DNA of 64,000 bases, taken from contig CM059432.1 of assembly GCA_030390025.1 (NCBI GenBank), positions 114,516,001 to 114,580,000 of the forward strand, given 5' to 3'. The position numbers and the translations under genes are program-made. This document shows, in pieces, positions 1 to 11,403 of the stretch. Position 1 is the first letter of the stretch. Each line of letters starts with the position of its first letter. A model generated the notes under the pieces. The model worked only from the letters and a program-made list of their open reading frames with translations, was not told where the DNA came from and did not search any database. This stretch comes from Squalus acanthias (taxonomy: Eukaryota).

Positions 1-286
1 ACAACTTCTTGTATTTATATAGCACCTTTAATGTAGTAAAACCTCCCAAGGCGCTGCACAGGAGTATTTTAAGACAAAAAATTTGACACTGAGCCACATA
101 AGGATAAATTAGGGCATGTGACCAAAAGCTTGGTCAAAGAGGTAGGTTGGAAGGAGGGACTTAAAGGAAGATAGAGAGGTAGCGAGGCAGAGAGGTTTAG
201 GAAGGAAATTCCAGAGCTTAGGGCCTAGGTAACAGAAGGCACAGCCACCAAATGTTGAGCGATTATAATCAGGGATGCTCAAGAGG
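1..286 (-). mobile_element. L2-clade LINE, 3' end (left piece; interrupted by CR1 at 287)
   Basis: Reverse-complemented L2-type 3' end (gtatttatatagcacc...). The text '...gggatgctcaagagg' resumes as 'aattagaggagcgcagatatc' at 4213. Confidence 0.8.
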
Positions 287-565
287 ACTGGAACCGATGT
301 CCTCGGGGTAATATTTGCTAAGGCAGTTCGGGAGGATTTAAACTAATATGGCAGGGGAATGGGAACCTATGTAGCGAAACAAGGGGAAGTAATATGCAGT
401 CAGAAACAAATGTTAGAAGGGTGAGAAACAATAAGGGAAATCCGAGTAAACAAAGGCAAGAAACAGAAAGGGCCATACTAAATCATAAGTCTAAAAGGAC
501 AAAGGGTGTTAATAAAACAAGCCTAAAGGCTCTGTGTCTTAATGCAAGGAGTATCCGTAATAAGG

Positions 566-994
566 CAACACGGTGGCATAGTGGTTAGCACTGGTGCCTC
601 ACAGCGCCAGAGACCCGGGTTCGAATCTGACCTCGGGTGACTGTCTGTGTGGAGTTTGCACATTCTCCCCGTGTCTGCGTGGGTTTCCTCCGGGTGCTCC
701 GGTTTCCTCCCACAGTCCAAAAATGTGTGGGTTAGGTTGATTTGGCTATGATAAATTGACCCTTAGTGTTAGGGGGGATTAAATATGTGGGGTTATGGGG
801 ATAGGATGGGATATGTTAGGGGGAATTAAATACGTGGGGTTACGGGGGTAGGGTGGGATATGTGTACTGTGGGGATTAAAGCAGGGACAGGGTACTGGAT
901 TTGGATGATCAGCCATGATCGTATTGAATGGCGGAGCAGGCTCGACGGGCCGAATGGCCTACTCCTGCTCCTAGATTCTATGTTTCTATGTTTC
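566..994 (+). mobile_element. tRNA-derived V-SINE (HE1-like) with CR1-type tail
   Basis: A-box (tggcatagtgg) and B-box (ggttcgaatc), V-domain (gtgtggagtttgcacattctccccgtgtctgcgtgggtttcctccggg), CR1-like 3' tail; TAAGG duplicated at 561-565 and 995-999. Confidence 0.9.
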
Positions 995-3666
995 TAAGGT
1001 GGATGAATTGACTGTGCAAATTGATGTTAACGGATATGATGTGATTGGGATTACAGAGACGTGGCTCCAGAACAATCAAGGCTGGGAACTGAATATCCAG
1101 GGGTATTCAACATTCAGGAAGGATAGAATAAAAGGAAAAGGGGGTGGGGTAGCATTGCTGGTTAAAAAGGAGATTAATGCAATAGCTAGGAAGGACATTA
1201 GCTTGGAGGATGTGGAATCAATATGGGTTGAGCTGCAGAACATCAAAGGGCAGAAAACGTTAGTGGGGGTTGTGTACAGACCTCCAAACAGTAGTCGTGA
1301 GGTGGGGGAGGGTATGAAACAGGAAATCAGAGGTGCATGCAAAAAAGGCGCAGCAGTTATCATGGGTGACTTTAATATGCATATAGATTGGGCTACTCAA
1401 ACTGGAAGCAATACGGTGGAGGAGGATTTCCTGGAGTGTTTAAGGGATGAACCAACTAGAGGGGAGGTCATCCTGGACTGGGTGTTGTGTAATGAGGAAG
1501 GACTAATCAGCAATCTTGTGGTGCGAGGCCCCTTGGGGAAGAGTGACCATAGTATGGTGGAGTTCTACATTAGGATGGAGAAGGAAACAGTTAATTCAGA
1601 GACCATGGTCCAGAACTTAAATAAGGGCAACTTTGAGGGTATGAGGCGTGAATTGGCGAGGTTAGATTGGCAAGCGATATTTAAGGGGTTATCAGTGGAA
1701 GGGCAATGGCAGACATTTAGAGATCACATGGATGAACTACAGCAATTGTACATCCCTGTCTGGCGTAAAAATAAAAAAGGGAAGGTGGCTCAACCATGGC
1801 TAACAAGGGAAATCAGGGATAGTATTAAAAGCAAGGAAGTGGCATACAAATTGGCCAGAAGTAGCAGCAAACTCGGGGACTGGGAGAACTTTAAAACTCA
1901 CAAGAGGAGGATGAAGGGTTTGATTAGGGCAGGGAAAATAAAATATGAAAGGAAGCTTGCGGAGAACATTAAAACGGACTGCAAAAGCTTCTATAAATAT
2001 GTAAAAAGAAAGAGGTTAGTAAAAACAAACGTAGGTCCCCTGCAGTCAGAAACAGGGGAAGTCATAATGGGGAACAAAGAAATGGCAGATTAATTGAACA
2101 AGTACTTTGGTTCGGCGTTTACTGTGGAGGACACAAACAACCTTCCGGAAATAAAAGAGATCAAAGGATCTGGTAAGAGGGAGGAGCTGAGGGAAATCCT
2201 TATCAGTCGGGAAAAGGTGTTGGGGAAATTGATGGGACTGAAGGCTGATAAATCCCCAGGGCCTGATGGTCTGCATCCCAGAGTACTTAAGGAGGTGGCC
2301 TTGGAAATAGTGGATGCATTGACGATCATTTTCCAACATTCCTTAGACTCTGGATCAGTTCCGAAGGAGTGGAGGGTGGCTAATGTAACCCCTCTTTTTA
2401 AAAAAGGAGGGAGGGAGAAAGCAGGGAATTATAGACCGGTCAGCCTGACATCGGTGGTGGGTAAAATGATGGAATCAATTATTAAAGATGTCATAACAGA
2501 CCATTTGGAAAGTGGCGACATGATAGGTCCAAGTCAGCATGGATTTGTGAAAGGGAAATCATGCTTGACAAATCTTCTGGAATTTTTTGAGGATGTTTCC
2601 AATAGGGTGGACGGGGGGGAACCAGTAGATGTGGTGTATTTGGACTTTCAGAAGGCCTTCGACAAGGTCCCACACAAGAGATTGGTGTGCAAAGTTAAAG
2701 CACATGGGATTGGGGGTAATGTGTTGACGTGGATTGAGAACTGGTTGGCACACAGGAAACAAAGAGTAGGAGTAAATGGGTACTTTTCAGAATGGCAGGC
2801 AGTGACCAGCGGGGTACCACAGGGTTCGGTGCTGGGGCCCCAGCTGTTTACATTATATATTAATGATTTGGACGAAGGGATTAATTGTACCTGTAATATC
2901 TCCAAATTTGCGGATGACACTAAATTGGGAGGCAGTGTGAACAATTAGGAGGATGCTAGGAGGCTACAGAGTGACTTGGACAGGTTGGGTGAATGGGCAA
3001 ATGTATGGCAGATGAAGTACAATGTGGATAAATGTGAGGTTATCCACTTTGGTGGTAAAAATAGGGAGGCAGACTATTACCTGAATGGTGGCAGATTAGG
3101 GAAAGGGGAGGTGCAACGAGACCTGGGCGTCATGGTACATCAGTCACTGAAGGTGGGAAGGCAAGTGCAGCAGGCAGTCAAGAAAGCAAATGGCATGATG
3201 GCCTTCATAGCAAGGGGATTTGAGTACAGGAGTAGGGAGGTGATGCTACAGTTGTACAGGGCCTTGGTGAGGCCACACCTGGAGTATTGTGTGCAGTTTT
3301 GGTCTCCTAACTTGAGGAAGGACATTCTTGCTATTGAGGGAGTGCAACGAAGGTTCACTAGATTGATTCCTGGGATGGCCAGACTGACATATCAAGAAAG
3401 ACTGGATCAACTGAACTTGTATCCTCTGGAGTTCAAAAGAATGAGGGGGGATCTTATAGAGACGTTTAAAATCCTGACTGGTTTAGACAAATTAGATGCG
3501 GGCAGAATGTTTCCAATGTTAGGGGAAACTAAAACCAGGGGTCACAGTCTAAGGATAAAGGGGAAGCCATTTAAGACTGAGATGAGGAGGAACTTCTTCA
3601 CCCAGAGAGTGGTGAATCTGTGGAATTCTCTACCACAGAAGGTTGTTGAGGCCAGTTCGCTAAATA

Positions 3667-4030
3667 CAGGAAACTCTTTATTAACCGGCACCGACGGGAC
3701 CGGCGTGGTGCCGGTTAATCAAAAAGTCCGGATAACGGAGAGTTATATCTCCCAACGTACGAGAGCCCCGTACACACTGACATGCGCCTGCATTCGGAGC
3801 TCCGTCTCCCCGGGGACCGCCAGCTGACCATCTGTCGTGTCCGCTGCCTACCCGGGCTGCACATTCCCCTCCCAATCTACACGCTCCGATACAAGGCAAA
3901 CGCCTCGGGGTTTTTTTCCAAGTTATTTTTAAAGGAGAGATGAAGGAAAACCCCGGTTACCTACTCAAGAATTTTGCCGGTTAAGAGAGATTTCCGGTTA
4001 TTTGGGTGCCGGTTAAAAGAGAGTTTCCTG
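3667..4030. mobile_element. Tc1/mariner (pogo/Tigger-like) non-autonomous element, 364 bp
   Basis: 26-bp TIR CAGGAAACTCT..TAACCGGCACC with 2 mismatches, TA target duplication (3665-3666, 4031-4032), repeated CCGGTTA subterminal motifs. Confidence 0.9.
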
Positions 4031-4212
4031 TATATTCAAAAGGGAGTTAGATATAATACTCACAACTAGGGGGATCAAGGGGTATGGCGAGAAAGCAGGA
4101 ATGGGGTACTGAGGTAGCATGTTCAGCCATGAACGCATTAAATGGCGGTGCAGGCTCGAAGGACCGAATGGTCTACTCCTGCACCTATTTTCTATGTTTC
4201 TATGTTTCTATG

Positions 4213-5098
4213 AATTAGAGGAGCGCAGATATCTCGGGGGGTTGTGGGGCTGAAGGAGATTACAGAGATAGGAAGGGGCGAGGCCATGGAGGGATTTGAA
4301 AACAAGGATGAGAATTTTGAAATCTATGCGCTGCTTAACCGGGAGCCAATGTAGGTCAGCGAGCACAGGGGAGATGGACGAACGGGACTTGGTGCGAGTT
4401 AGGACACGGGCAGCCGAGTTTTGGATGATTTCAAGTTTACGTAGGGTGGAATGTGGGAGGCCAGCCAGGAGTGCGTTGGAATAGTCAAGTCTAGAGGTAA
4501 CAAAGGCATGGATGAGGGTTTCAGCAGTGGATGAGGTGAGGCAAGGGCGGAGATGGGTGATGTTACGGAGGTGAAAGTAGGTGGTCTTTGTTATGCTGCG
4601 GATATGTGGTCGGAAGCACATTTCCAGGTCAAATATGGCACCAAGGTTGCGAACAGTGTCGTTCAGCCTCAGACAGATGTTAGGGGAGGGATGGAGTCAG
4701 TGGCTAGGGAACAGTGTTTGTGGTGGGGACCGAAAACAATGGTTTCAGTCTTCCCAATATTTAATTGGAGAAAATTTTTGCTCATCCAGAACTGTATGTC
4801 AGACAAGCAGTCTGACAATTTAGACACCGTGGAGAGGTCGAGAGAAGAGGTAGTGAGGTAGAGCTGGGTGTCGTCAGCGTACATGTGGAAACTGACGCTG
4901 TGTTTTTGGATGATGTCGCCAAGGGGCAACATGTAGATGAGAAATAGGAGGGGGCCAAGGATAGATCCTTGGGGGACACCAGAGGTAATGATGCGGGAGC
5001 GGGAAGAGAAGCCGTTGCAGGTGATTCTCTGGTTACGATTAGATAGATAAGAATGGAACCAGGCGAGTGCAGTCCCACCCAGCTAGATGACAGTGGAG
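4213..5098 (-). mobile_element. L2-clade LINE RT region (continuation of 1-286), frameshifted
   Basis: Minus-strand peptides SFHMYADDTQLY and LIHAFVTSRLDYSNALL...LHWLPV, typical of L2 ORF2. Confidence 0.9.
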
Positions 5099-5112
5099 GT
5101 AGATCAGAACTT

Positions 5113-5707
5113 CCACACGTAGCCATCAGGACAATCTCCAACCAGCCAGGAGCCTTTGTTAACCTCAAGGGTTTCTACGCCATCAGTGTCCACAAGATGA
5201 GCTTCATGCAGGTATGTGCCCGATACCCAGGGAGCAGCCATGGTGCCTTCATCTTATGTCAGTGCAATAGCCCCCTTTTGGCACCAGTGTTAGACGATGG
5301 CTGCTTGGAGACAAGGGATACTCCCTTTTACCATGGCTGACGACACCTCTTTGAAACCCCACCACTCCACAGCAGAACAGGTACAACAGCAGTCCCATCA
5401 CCACAAGGTGCATCATAGAGGAGGCCATTGGGATACTCAAGTTGAGGTTTAGGTGCCTTGCCAGGTCTGGAGGCTTTCTGCAATATTCACCAGCCAGAGT
5501 CTCCAGAATAATTGTGGCATGCTGCGCTTTCCATAACATCACTCAAGAGAGGGCTGGAGGTGTAGGAGGAAGAAGGCCTGCAGGACTCCTCATCTGATGC
5601 GGAAAAGGATAGTGAAGTTAACGCTGGAGGACATGGTGTATGGCGTGATGAACATCTTGCGGCCCAAGGTGCAAGGGATGCTCTCCTTAGCACAGCACTT
5701 TATCTAG
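5113..5707 (+). pseudogene. PIF/Harbinger DDE transposase fragment (HARBI1-like family), degraded
   Basis: Manual translation across a frameshift and a stop: HVAIR..FVNLKGFYAISV..ARYPGSSHGAFIL..WLLGDKGY..PWLTTPL*..RYN..TRCIIEEAIGILKLRFRCL..SGGFLQYSPARVSRIIVACCAFHNI, then an acidic tail. Confidence 0.88.
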
Positions 5708-5849
5708 AGATCTCATACTTCGACTACTCTTATGTGATTAGAACCCCTTGCACTAATAGTCCTGCAACCGTCACTCCATTGGTTTACAATCCTCCAACTT
5801 GTCACCTTGAAAACATGGAACCAAATTTCATATCTATGACATACAACAA

Positions 5850-6266
5850 GGTGCCAGGGTAAAGGATGTCTCCTCGCGGCTGGAGAAGAACTTGGAGTTG
5901 GGGGGTGGGGATCCAGTTGTCGTTGTCCATGTAGGAACCAACGACATAGGTAGAACTAGGAATGAGGTTCTGCTGAGAGAGTTTGAGGAGCTAGGGTCGA
6001 AAATAAAACGCAGAACCTCACAGGTAATAATCTCTGGATTGCTACCTGAGCCACGCACAAAATAGCATAGGGACAAACAGATTAGATGGTTAAATGCGTG
6101 GCTCAAAGAGAGATGTGGGAGGCAGGGGTTTCAATTCATGGGGCACTGGCACTTGTACTGGGGAAAGAGGGAGCTTGTCCGTGGGGACGGGCTCCACTTA
6201 AACAAGGCTGGGACCAGTGTCCTGGCGAATCGAATAACTAGGGTGGTAGATAGGGCTTTAAACTAA
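5850..6266 (+). pseudogene. CR1 ORF1 SGNH/GDSL esterase-domain remnant
   Basis: GARVKDV..DPVVVVHVGTNDIG..IISGLLP..DGLHLN motifs with a stop and frameshifts. Confidence 0.82.
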
Positions 6267-7058
6267 TGAAGCGGGGGTCGGAGGATTCAGGAAAGGGTAA
6301 TTCAAAAGCAGTAAGAGAAATGTCAAGGCTGCAGAGCAGAGTAGGCATCTGGGTAAAGATAAGCAGAGTGTGTCAGGAAGGGACAGAAAGAGTAATAAAG
6401 GTAATAGGGCATTAGCGACTAAAGTGACATCAGGGAAAAATAGAAAAAAGTTAAAGCTAAAGGTACTATATCTGAATGCACGAAGCATTCGCAACAAAAA
6501 AGATGAATTAATAGCGCAGATAAAAATAAATGGGTTTCATTTGATAGCCATTACAGAGACGTGGTTGCAGAGTGACCAAGGTTGGGAACTAAATATTCCA
6601 GGATATTTGACTTTTAGAAGAGACAGGCAGAATGGAAAAGGAAGAGGGGTAGCTCTGATAATAAAGGAGAGAATAAAGACAGTAGAGAGAAAGGGAGAGA
6701 AATTCGGTATCACACCGTTTGGGGCGCAATTATCGGCCGGGCGCAAAGTTTAGCGCCTGGCGCTAATTATCGCCTCTGACTGCAAACTTGGTTTCTATCG
6801 CCCCTGGAGGTGATTGGAGCGCTAAATCAGGCGCTTCACACCTGTCTTAAGGTGCTAACGCCGAGGAGCGAGGCGCTACCTCAGAGCGCTGGCAAAGCTC
6901 ATGTGATGTCAGTCAGCAGTGGAACACAGACACACTGGCGCCGGCCAGTCCTTAAAGGGGAGGGTCGATCTTGCTCTCCATCCACACCCTTCTCATTGCA
7001 GCCTTGAATCTCGGCCTGGATAGAACAATGGAGAGACCCAGGGAAAGAGGTCAGAGTG

Positions 7059-10000
7059 GGACCTGTACAAGTCGGACGGGTTGCACCTAAACCGGAACGG
7101 GACCAACATCCTTGCGAGGAGGTTTGCTAGTACTGTTGGGGAGGGTTTAAACTAACTTGGCAGGGGGATGGGATACGGAGTGGAGCTATAGTAGGGGGTG
7201 ATGCACAGCCAAATATAGAGGAAAAAACTAATCAGTCTGGAAGGCAGAGCAAATATGTAACAGCACAAGGGAGTATGGCAAGGCTGGATGGCATTTATTT
7301 TAATGCAAGGAGTTTTGCGAGTAAGGCAGATGAATTGAAGGTGTTGATGAACACATGGGAGTATGATATTGTTGCTGTCACAGAGACATGGTTGAGGGAG
7401 GGGCAGGACTGGCAGCTCAATATTCCGGGGTTTAGAATCTTCAGGCGAGACAGAGGTGGGTGTAAAAGAGGAGGGGGTGTCGCAATATTAATCAAGGAGT
7501 CAATTACTGCTGTAAGGAGGGATGATATCTTAGCAGGTTCCTCTAATGAGGCCATATGGGTAGAACTCAAAAACAAAAAAGGGGCAAGCACTTTGCTGGG
7601 AGTGTACTATAGGCCCCCAAACAGTCAGGGGGAGATAGAGGAACAGATATGTAGGCAAATCTCAGAGAAGTGTAGAAATAATAGGGTAATAATAGTAGGG
7701 GATTTCAACTTCCCCAATATTAACTGGGATAGTCAGAGTGTGAAAGGCTTAGAGGGTGCGGAATTCTTAAAGTGCATCCAGGAGAGCTTTTTGAGCCAGC
7801 ATGTAGAAAGTCCTACAAGAGAGGGGGCGGTACTGGACCTAATTCTAGGAAATGTAGCCGGGCAAGTGGTAGAAGTGTCAATAGGAGCGCATTTTGGTGA
7901 CAGTGACCATAATTCGGTGAGATTTAAGGTAGTCATGGAAAAGGACAAAGATGGACCGGAAATAAAGGTTCTAAATTGGGCGAAGGCCGATTTTAATATG
8001 ATAAGGCAGGATCTGGCCAAAGTGGACTGGGATCAGCTACTTGTAGGAAAATCCACATCAGAGCAGTGGGAGTCTTTCAGAAAGGAAATAGAGAGAGTAC
8101 AACAGCAACATGTTCCCGTAAAGGTCAAGGGTGGGACCAACAAGCCCAGGGAACCCTGGATGTCAAGGGATATATGAGAATGGATTAGGAAAAAAAGGGA
8201 GGCTTTTGGCAGATACAAAGGACTAAAAACAGTGGAAGCCCTAGAGGAGTATAGAAAGTGCAGGGGGGTACTTAAAAAAGAAATTAGGAGAGCGAAGAGG
8301 GCAAAATAAAGGAAAATCCCAAGGTGTTTTATAAGTATATTAAGGGCAAGAGGATAACCAGGGAAAGAGTAGGGCCCATTAGGGACCAAAGTGGCAATCT
8401 GTGTGTAGAGCCAGAAGATGTAGGTGGGATTTTAAATGAATATGTTGCATCTGTGTTCATTATGGAGAAGGACGATGTAGGCATAGAAATCAGACAGGGG
8501 GATTGTGATATACTTGAACAAATTAGTATTGCGAGGGAGGAGGTACTAGCGGTTTTAGCGGGCTTAAAAGTGGATAAATCCCCAGGCCCAGACGAGATGT
8601 ATCCCAGGCTGCTGTGTGAGGCAAGGGAGGAGATTGCAGGGGCTCTGACACAAATTTTCAGAACATCTCTGGCCACAGGGGAGGTGCCAGAGGACTGGAG
8701 AACAGCTAACGTAGTACCATTATTCAAGAAGGGTAGTAGGGATAAACCAAGGAATTATAGGCCAGTGGGCCTATCATCAGTGGTAGGGAAATTATTGGAA
8801 AAAATTCTGACGGACAGAATTAGTCTCCACTTGGAGAGGCAAGGATTAATCAAGGATAGTCAGCATGGCTTTGTCAGGGGGAGATCATGTCTGACCAATT
8901 TGATTGAATTTTTCGAGGGGGTGACTAGGTGTGTGGATGAGGGTAGTGCAGTTGATGTGGTCTACATGGACTTCAGTAAGGCTTTTGACAAAGTCCTGCA
9001 TGGGAGACTGGTGTAGGCTTCGCAAAATCCCCCAGAAACTCGAACAGAGCCCTAAAGGGAGTGATTTTTGGACCTTTCATACAAACTTGGGATGATGGGA
9101 CCTAAGTGAAGTGATTTGATGTAAAAACCTCAGTTTTGGAAAGATCAGGGAAGAAAAACCCTGAGGAAACTGACTTTTGAATCTTACTGTTGGGAGAGAC
9201 ACCTTTCACAGACACAAGGCAAGCTGCGGAGGGGCGTGGCCAGGCAGTGAACAGATTTGGGTATTGGGGCCCAATCAAGCTGTCTGGGAATTGTTTACAC
9301 TGCAAATCCTACCAAGGAGGAAGAGACAAACCAAAAACTCACACACACATCGAAATATGAATAATCCAAGACCCCCTTTTGAAATTCCCAGGCCCAAACA
9401 GGATACCAGAAGCCTGAAATCAATAAAACATTTAGTACTTCATCAAAAACCAATCAACCAGGTATCCACAGAACAGATTTAAAAGCCCGCCAAAAGACCT
9501 AGGACAATAAGGTGAGATTTGGCGCGTAGATAAGGCTGTGTTTAAATCGGAAAACGATCAGCACATGTTTAACACTGAGCTAAAGCCATCGGAACTGGCA
9601 AGCCCGCCAAAACTAGACAATGGACTAAGCAAGGTTCATTTGCAACCTAAAGGACTCCATTTTAGTCAGGGGTTTTTGGGCGCGAAAAAGAAACAGTATA
9701 ATAGAAAGCCTGTCCCATAACTTCTCTCTCTTTCTGACTCGCTGACTACGCTGACACAGCTCTCACCCTGCTCCAGCAAAAACCACTACAAGCCACGAGG
9801 AGGAAGACCAGCACACAAGAAGAAACCAGAGCGACTGCCTCAGTGACCATCGGACACCTCGCAGCAACAAGGGCCTTACGAAATCTTTTAAACAAAAGAC
9901 TCTAAAATCCTGTCAAGGATTCGTTGGTGAGCATTATCCCTGATCTCCTGAAACCAAAAACCTAGCTAGATAGTGGGATCTTTGGGAGGGATAAGGTTTT

Positions 10001-11403
10001 GTTTGGTATATTGTCATTCTCCCTCGCTTGTACCGTGTGCTCCCCAATCTGTGTTAAGTAATAAGTGTGTTTCAAGTTTGTTACCTTTTTCTTTTAATAA
10101 AGTAAAATTCTTTCATCAGAACCTGTCGTCTACTGCAATTTTGTTCACAACCCCTAAATAAGTCCAAAGTCTAGGAACCAGAGGGGTGTGGGACCGATTC
10201 GAACCGCTCACTGAGTCAGAAAGTGAAGGCTGACCCCATTACCACCCCCTACATGGTCAAGAAGGTAAGAGCCCATGGGATCCAGGGCAATTTGGCACAT
10301 TGGATCCAAAATTGGCTTAGTGGCAGGAGGCAGAAGGTGATGGTCGAAGGTTGTTTTTGTGACTGGAAGCCTGTGTCCAGTGGTGTACCGCAGGGATCGG
10401 TGCTGGGTCCTTTGCTGTTTGTAGTGTACATTAATGATTTAGATATGAATGTAGGAGGTATGATCAGTAAGTTCGCAGATGACACGAAAATTGGTGGAGT
10501 GGTAAATAGCGAGGAGGGAAGCCTCAGACTACAGGATGATATAGACGGGTTGGTCAGATGGGCAGAACAGTGGCAAATGGAATTTAACCCTGAAAAGTGT
10601 GAGGTGGTGCATTTTGGGAGGACTAACAAGGCAAGGGAATACACAATGAATGGTAGGACCCTAGGAAGGACAGAGGATCAGAGGGACCTTGGTGTGCATG
10701 TACATAGATCCCTGAAGGCAGCAGGACAGGTAGATAAGGTGGTTAAAAAGGCATATGGGATACTTGCCTTCATTAGCCGAGGCATAGAATATAAGAGCAG
10801 GGAGGTTATGATGGAGCGGTACAAAATGCTAGTTAGGCCACAGCTGGAATACTGTGTGCAGTTCTGGTCACCCCACTATAGATAGGATGTGATTGCATTG
10901 GAGAGGGTGCAGAGGAGATTCACCAGGATGTTACCTGGGTTGCAGCGCTTCAGCTATGAAGAGAGACTGGACAGGCTGGGATTGTTTTCCTTCGAGCAGA
11001 GAAGACTGAGGGGGGACCTGATTGAGGTGTACAAAATTATGAGGGGCATAGATAGGGTAGATAGAAAGGAACTTTTCCCCTTAGTAGAGGGGTCAATAAC
11101 AAGGGGGCATAGTTTCAAGGTAAGGGGCAGGAGGTTTAGAGGGGATTTGAGGAAAAACTTTTTCACCCAGAGGGTGGTTGGAAGCTGGAACTCACTGCCT
11201 GAAAGGGTGGTAGAGGCAGGAACCCTCACAACATTCAAGAAGCATTTAGATGAGCACTTGAAACGCCATAGCATACAAGGCTACGGACCAAGTGCTGGAA
11301 AATGGGATTAGAATAGACAGGGCTTGATGGCCGGCGTGGACACGATGGGCCGAAGGGCCTCTTTCTGTGCTGTATAACTCTATGACTCTATATCTATGAC
11401 TCT
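7059..11403 (+). mobile_element. 5'-truncated CR1 LINE (copy 3) with disrupted ORF2
   Basis: ORF1 tail (DGLHLNRNGTNIL), EN and RT motifs in ORFs 7275-8177, 8324-9016, 10223-10885 and 10889-11311; (ACTCTATG)n tail; AGTG duplicated at 7055-7058 and 11404-11407. Confidence 0.93.
9012..10253 (+). mobile_element. Probable solo LTR (1,242 bp)
   Basis: Begins TGTAGG, ends CCTACA (inverted termini), TGG(T) flank duplication, TATAATA at 9697 and AATAAA at 10096, no coding capacity; it cleanly splits the CR1 RT at 'HGRL|VKKV'. Confidence 0.75.

Larger units (their letters stand above)
517..4112 (+). pseudogene. CR1 ORF2 (endonuclease-reverse transcriptase), inactivated
   Basis: In-frame stops at 2091-2093 and 2946-2948, a short deletion near 1447, a SINE insertion at 566 and a MITE insertion at 3667. 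Confidence 0.9.
287..4212 (+). mobile_element. 5'-truncated CR1 LINE (copy 1): end of ORF1, ORF2, 3'UTR and (TTCTATGT)n tail
   Basis: APE endonuclease motifs (ITETWL, VVYRPP, MGDFN, SDH), RT motifs ([26 protein letters not shown]) and a 3' microsatellite tail at ~4190-4212. Confidence 0.95.

Noticed and set aside
566..640. tRNA gene
   Set aside because: The tRNA-like segment runs straight into a SINE body and tail; the same applies to about 27495-27566.
999..3827. Intact, active LINE ORF2 or host RT gene
   Set aside because: Two in-frame stops, a deletion and two insertions; the CR1 ORFs at 7275-11311 and 11950-17273 are likewise broken.
5113..5707. Domesticated HARBI1 gene
   Set aside because: Frameshift, in-frame stop, missing N-terminus and a lost conserved Asp (GSSHG); a dead transposon copy.
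1076..11274. Numerous 60-130 aa minus-strand ORFs over the CR1 copies
   Set aside because: Antisense shadows of LINE ORF2 with no independent evidence.
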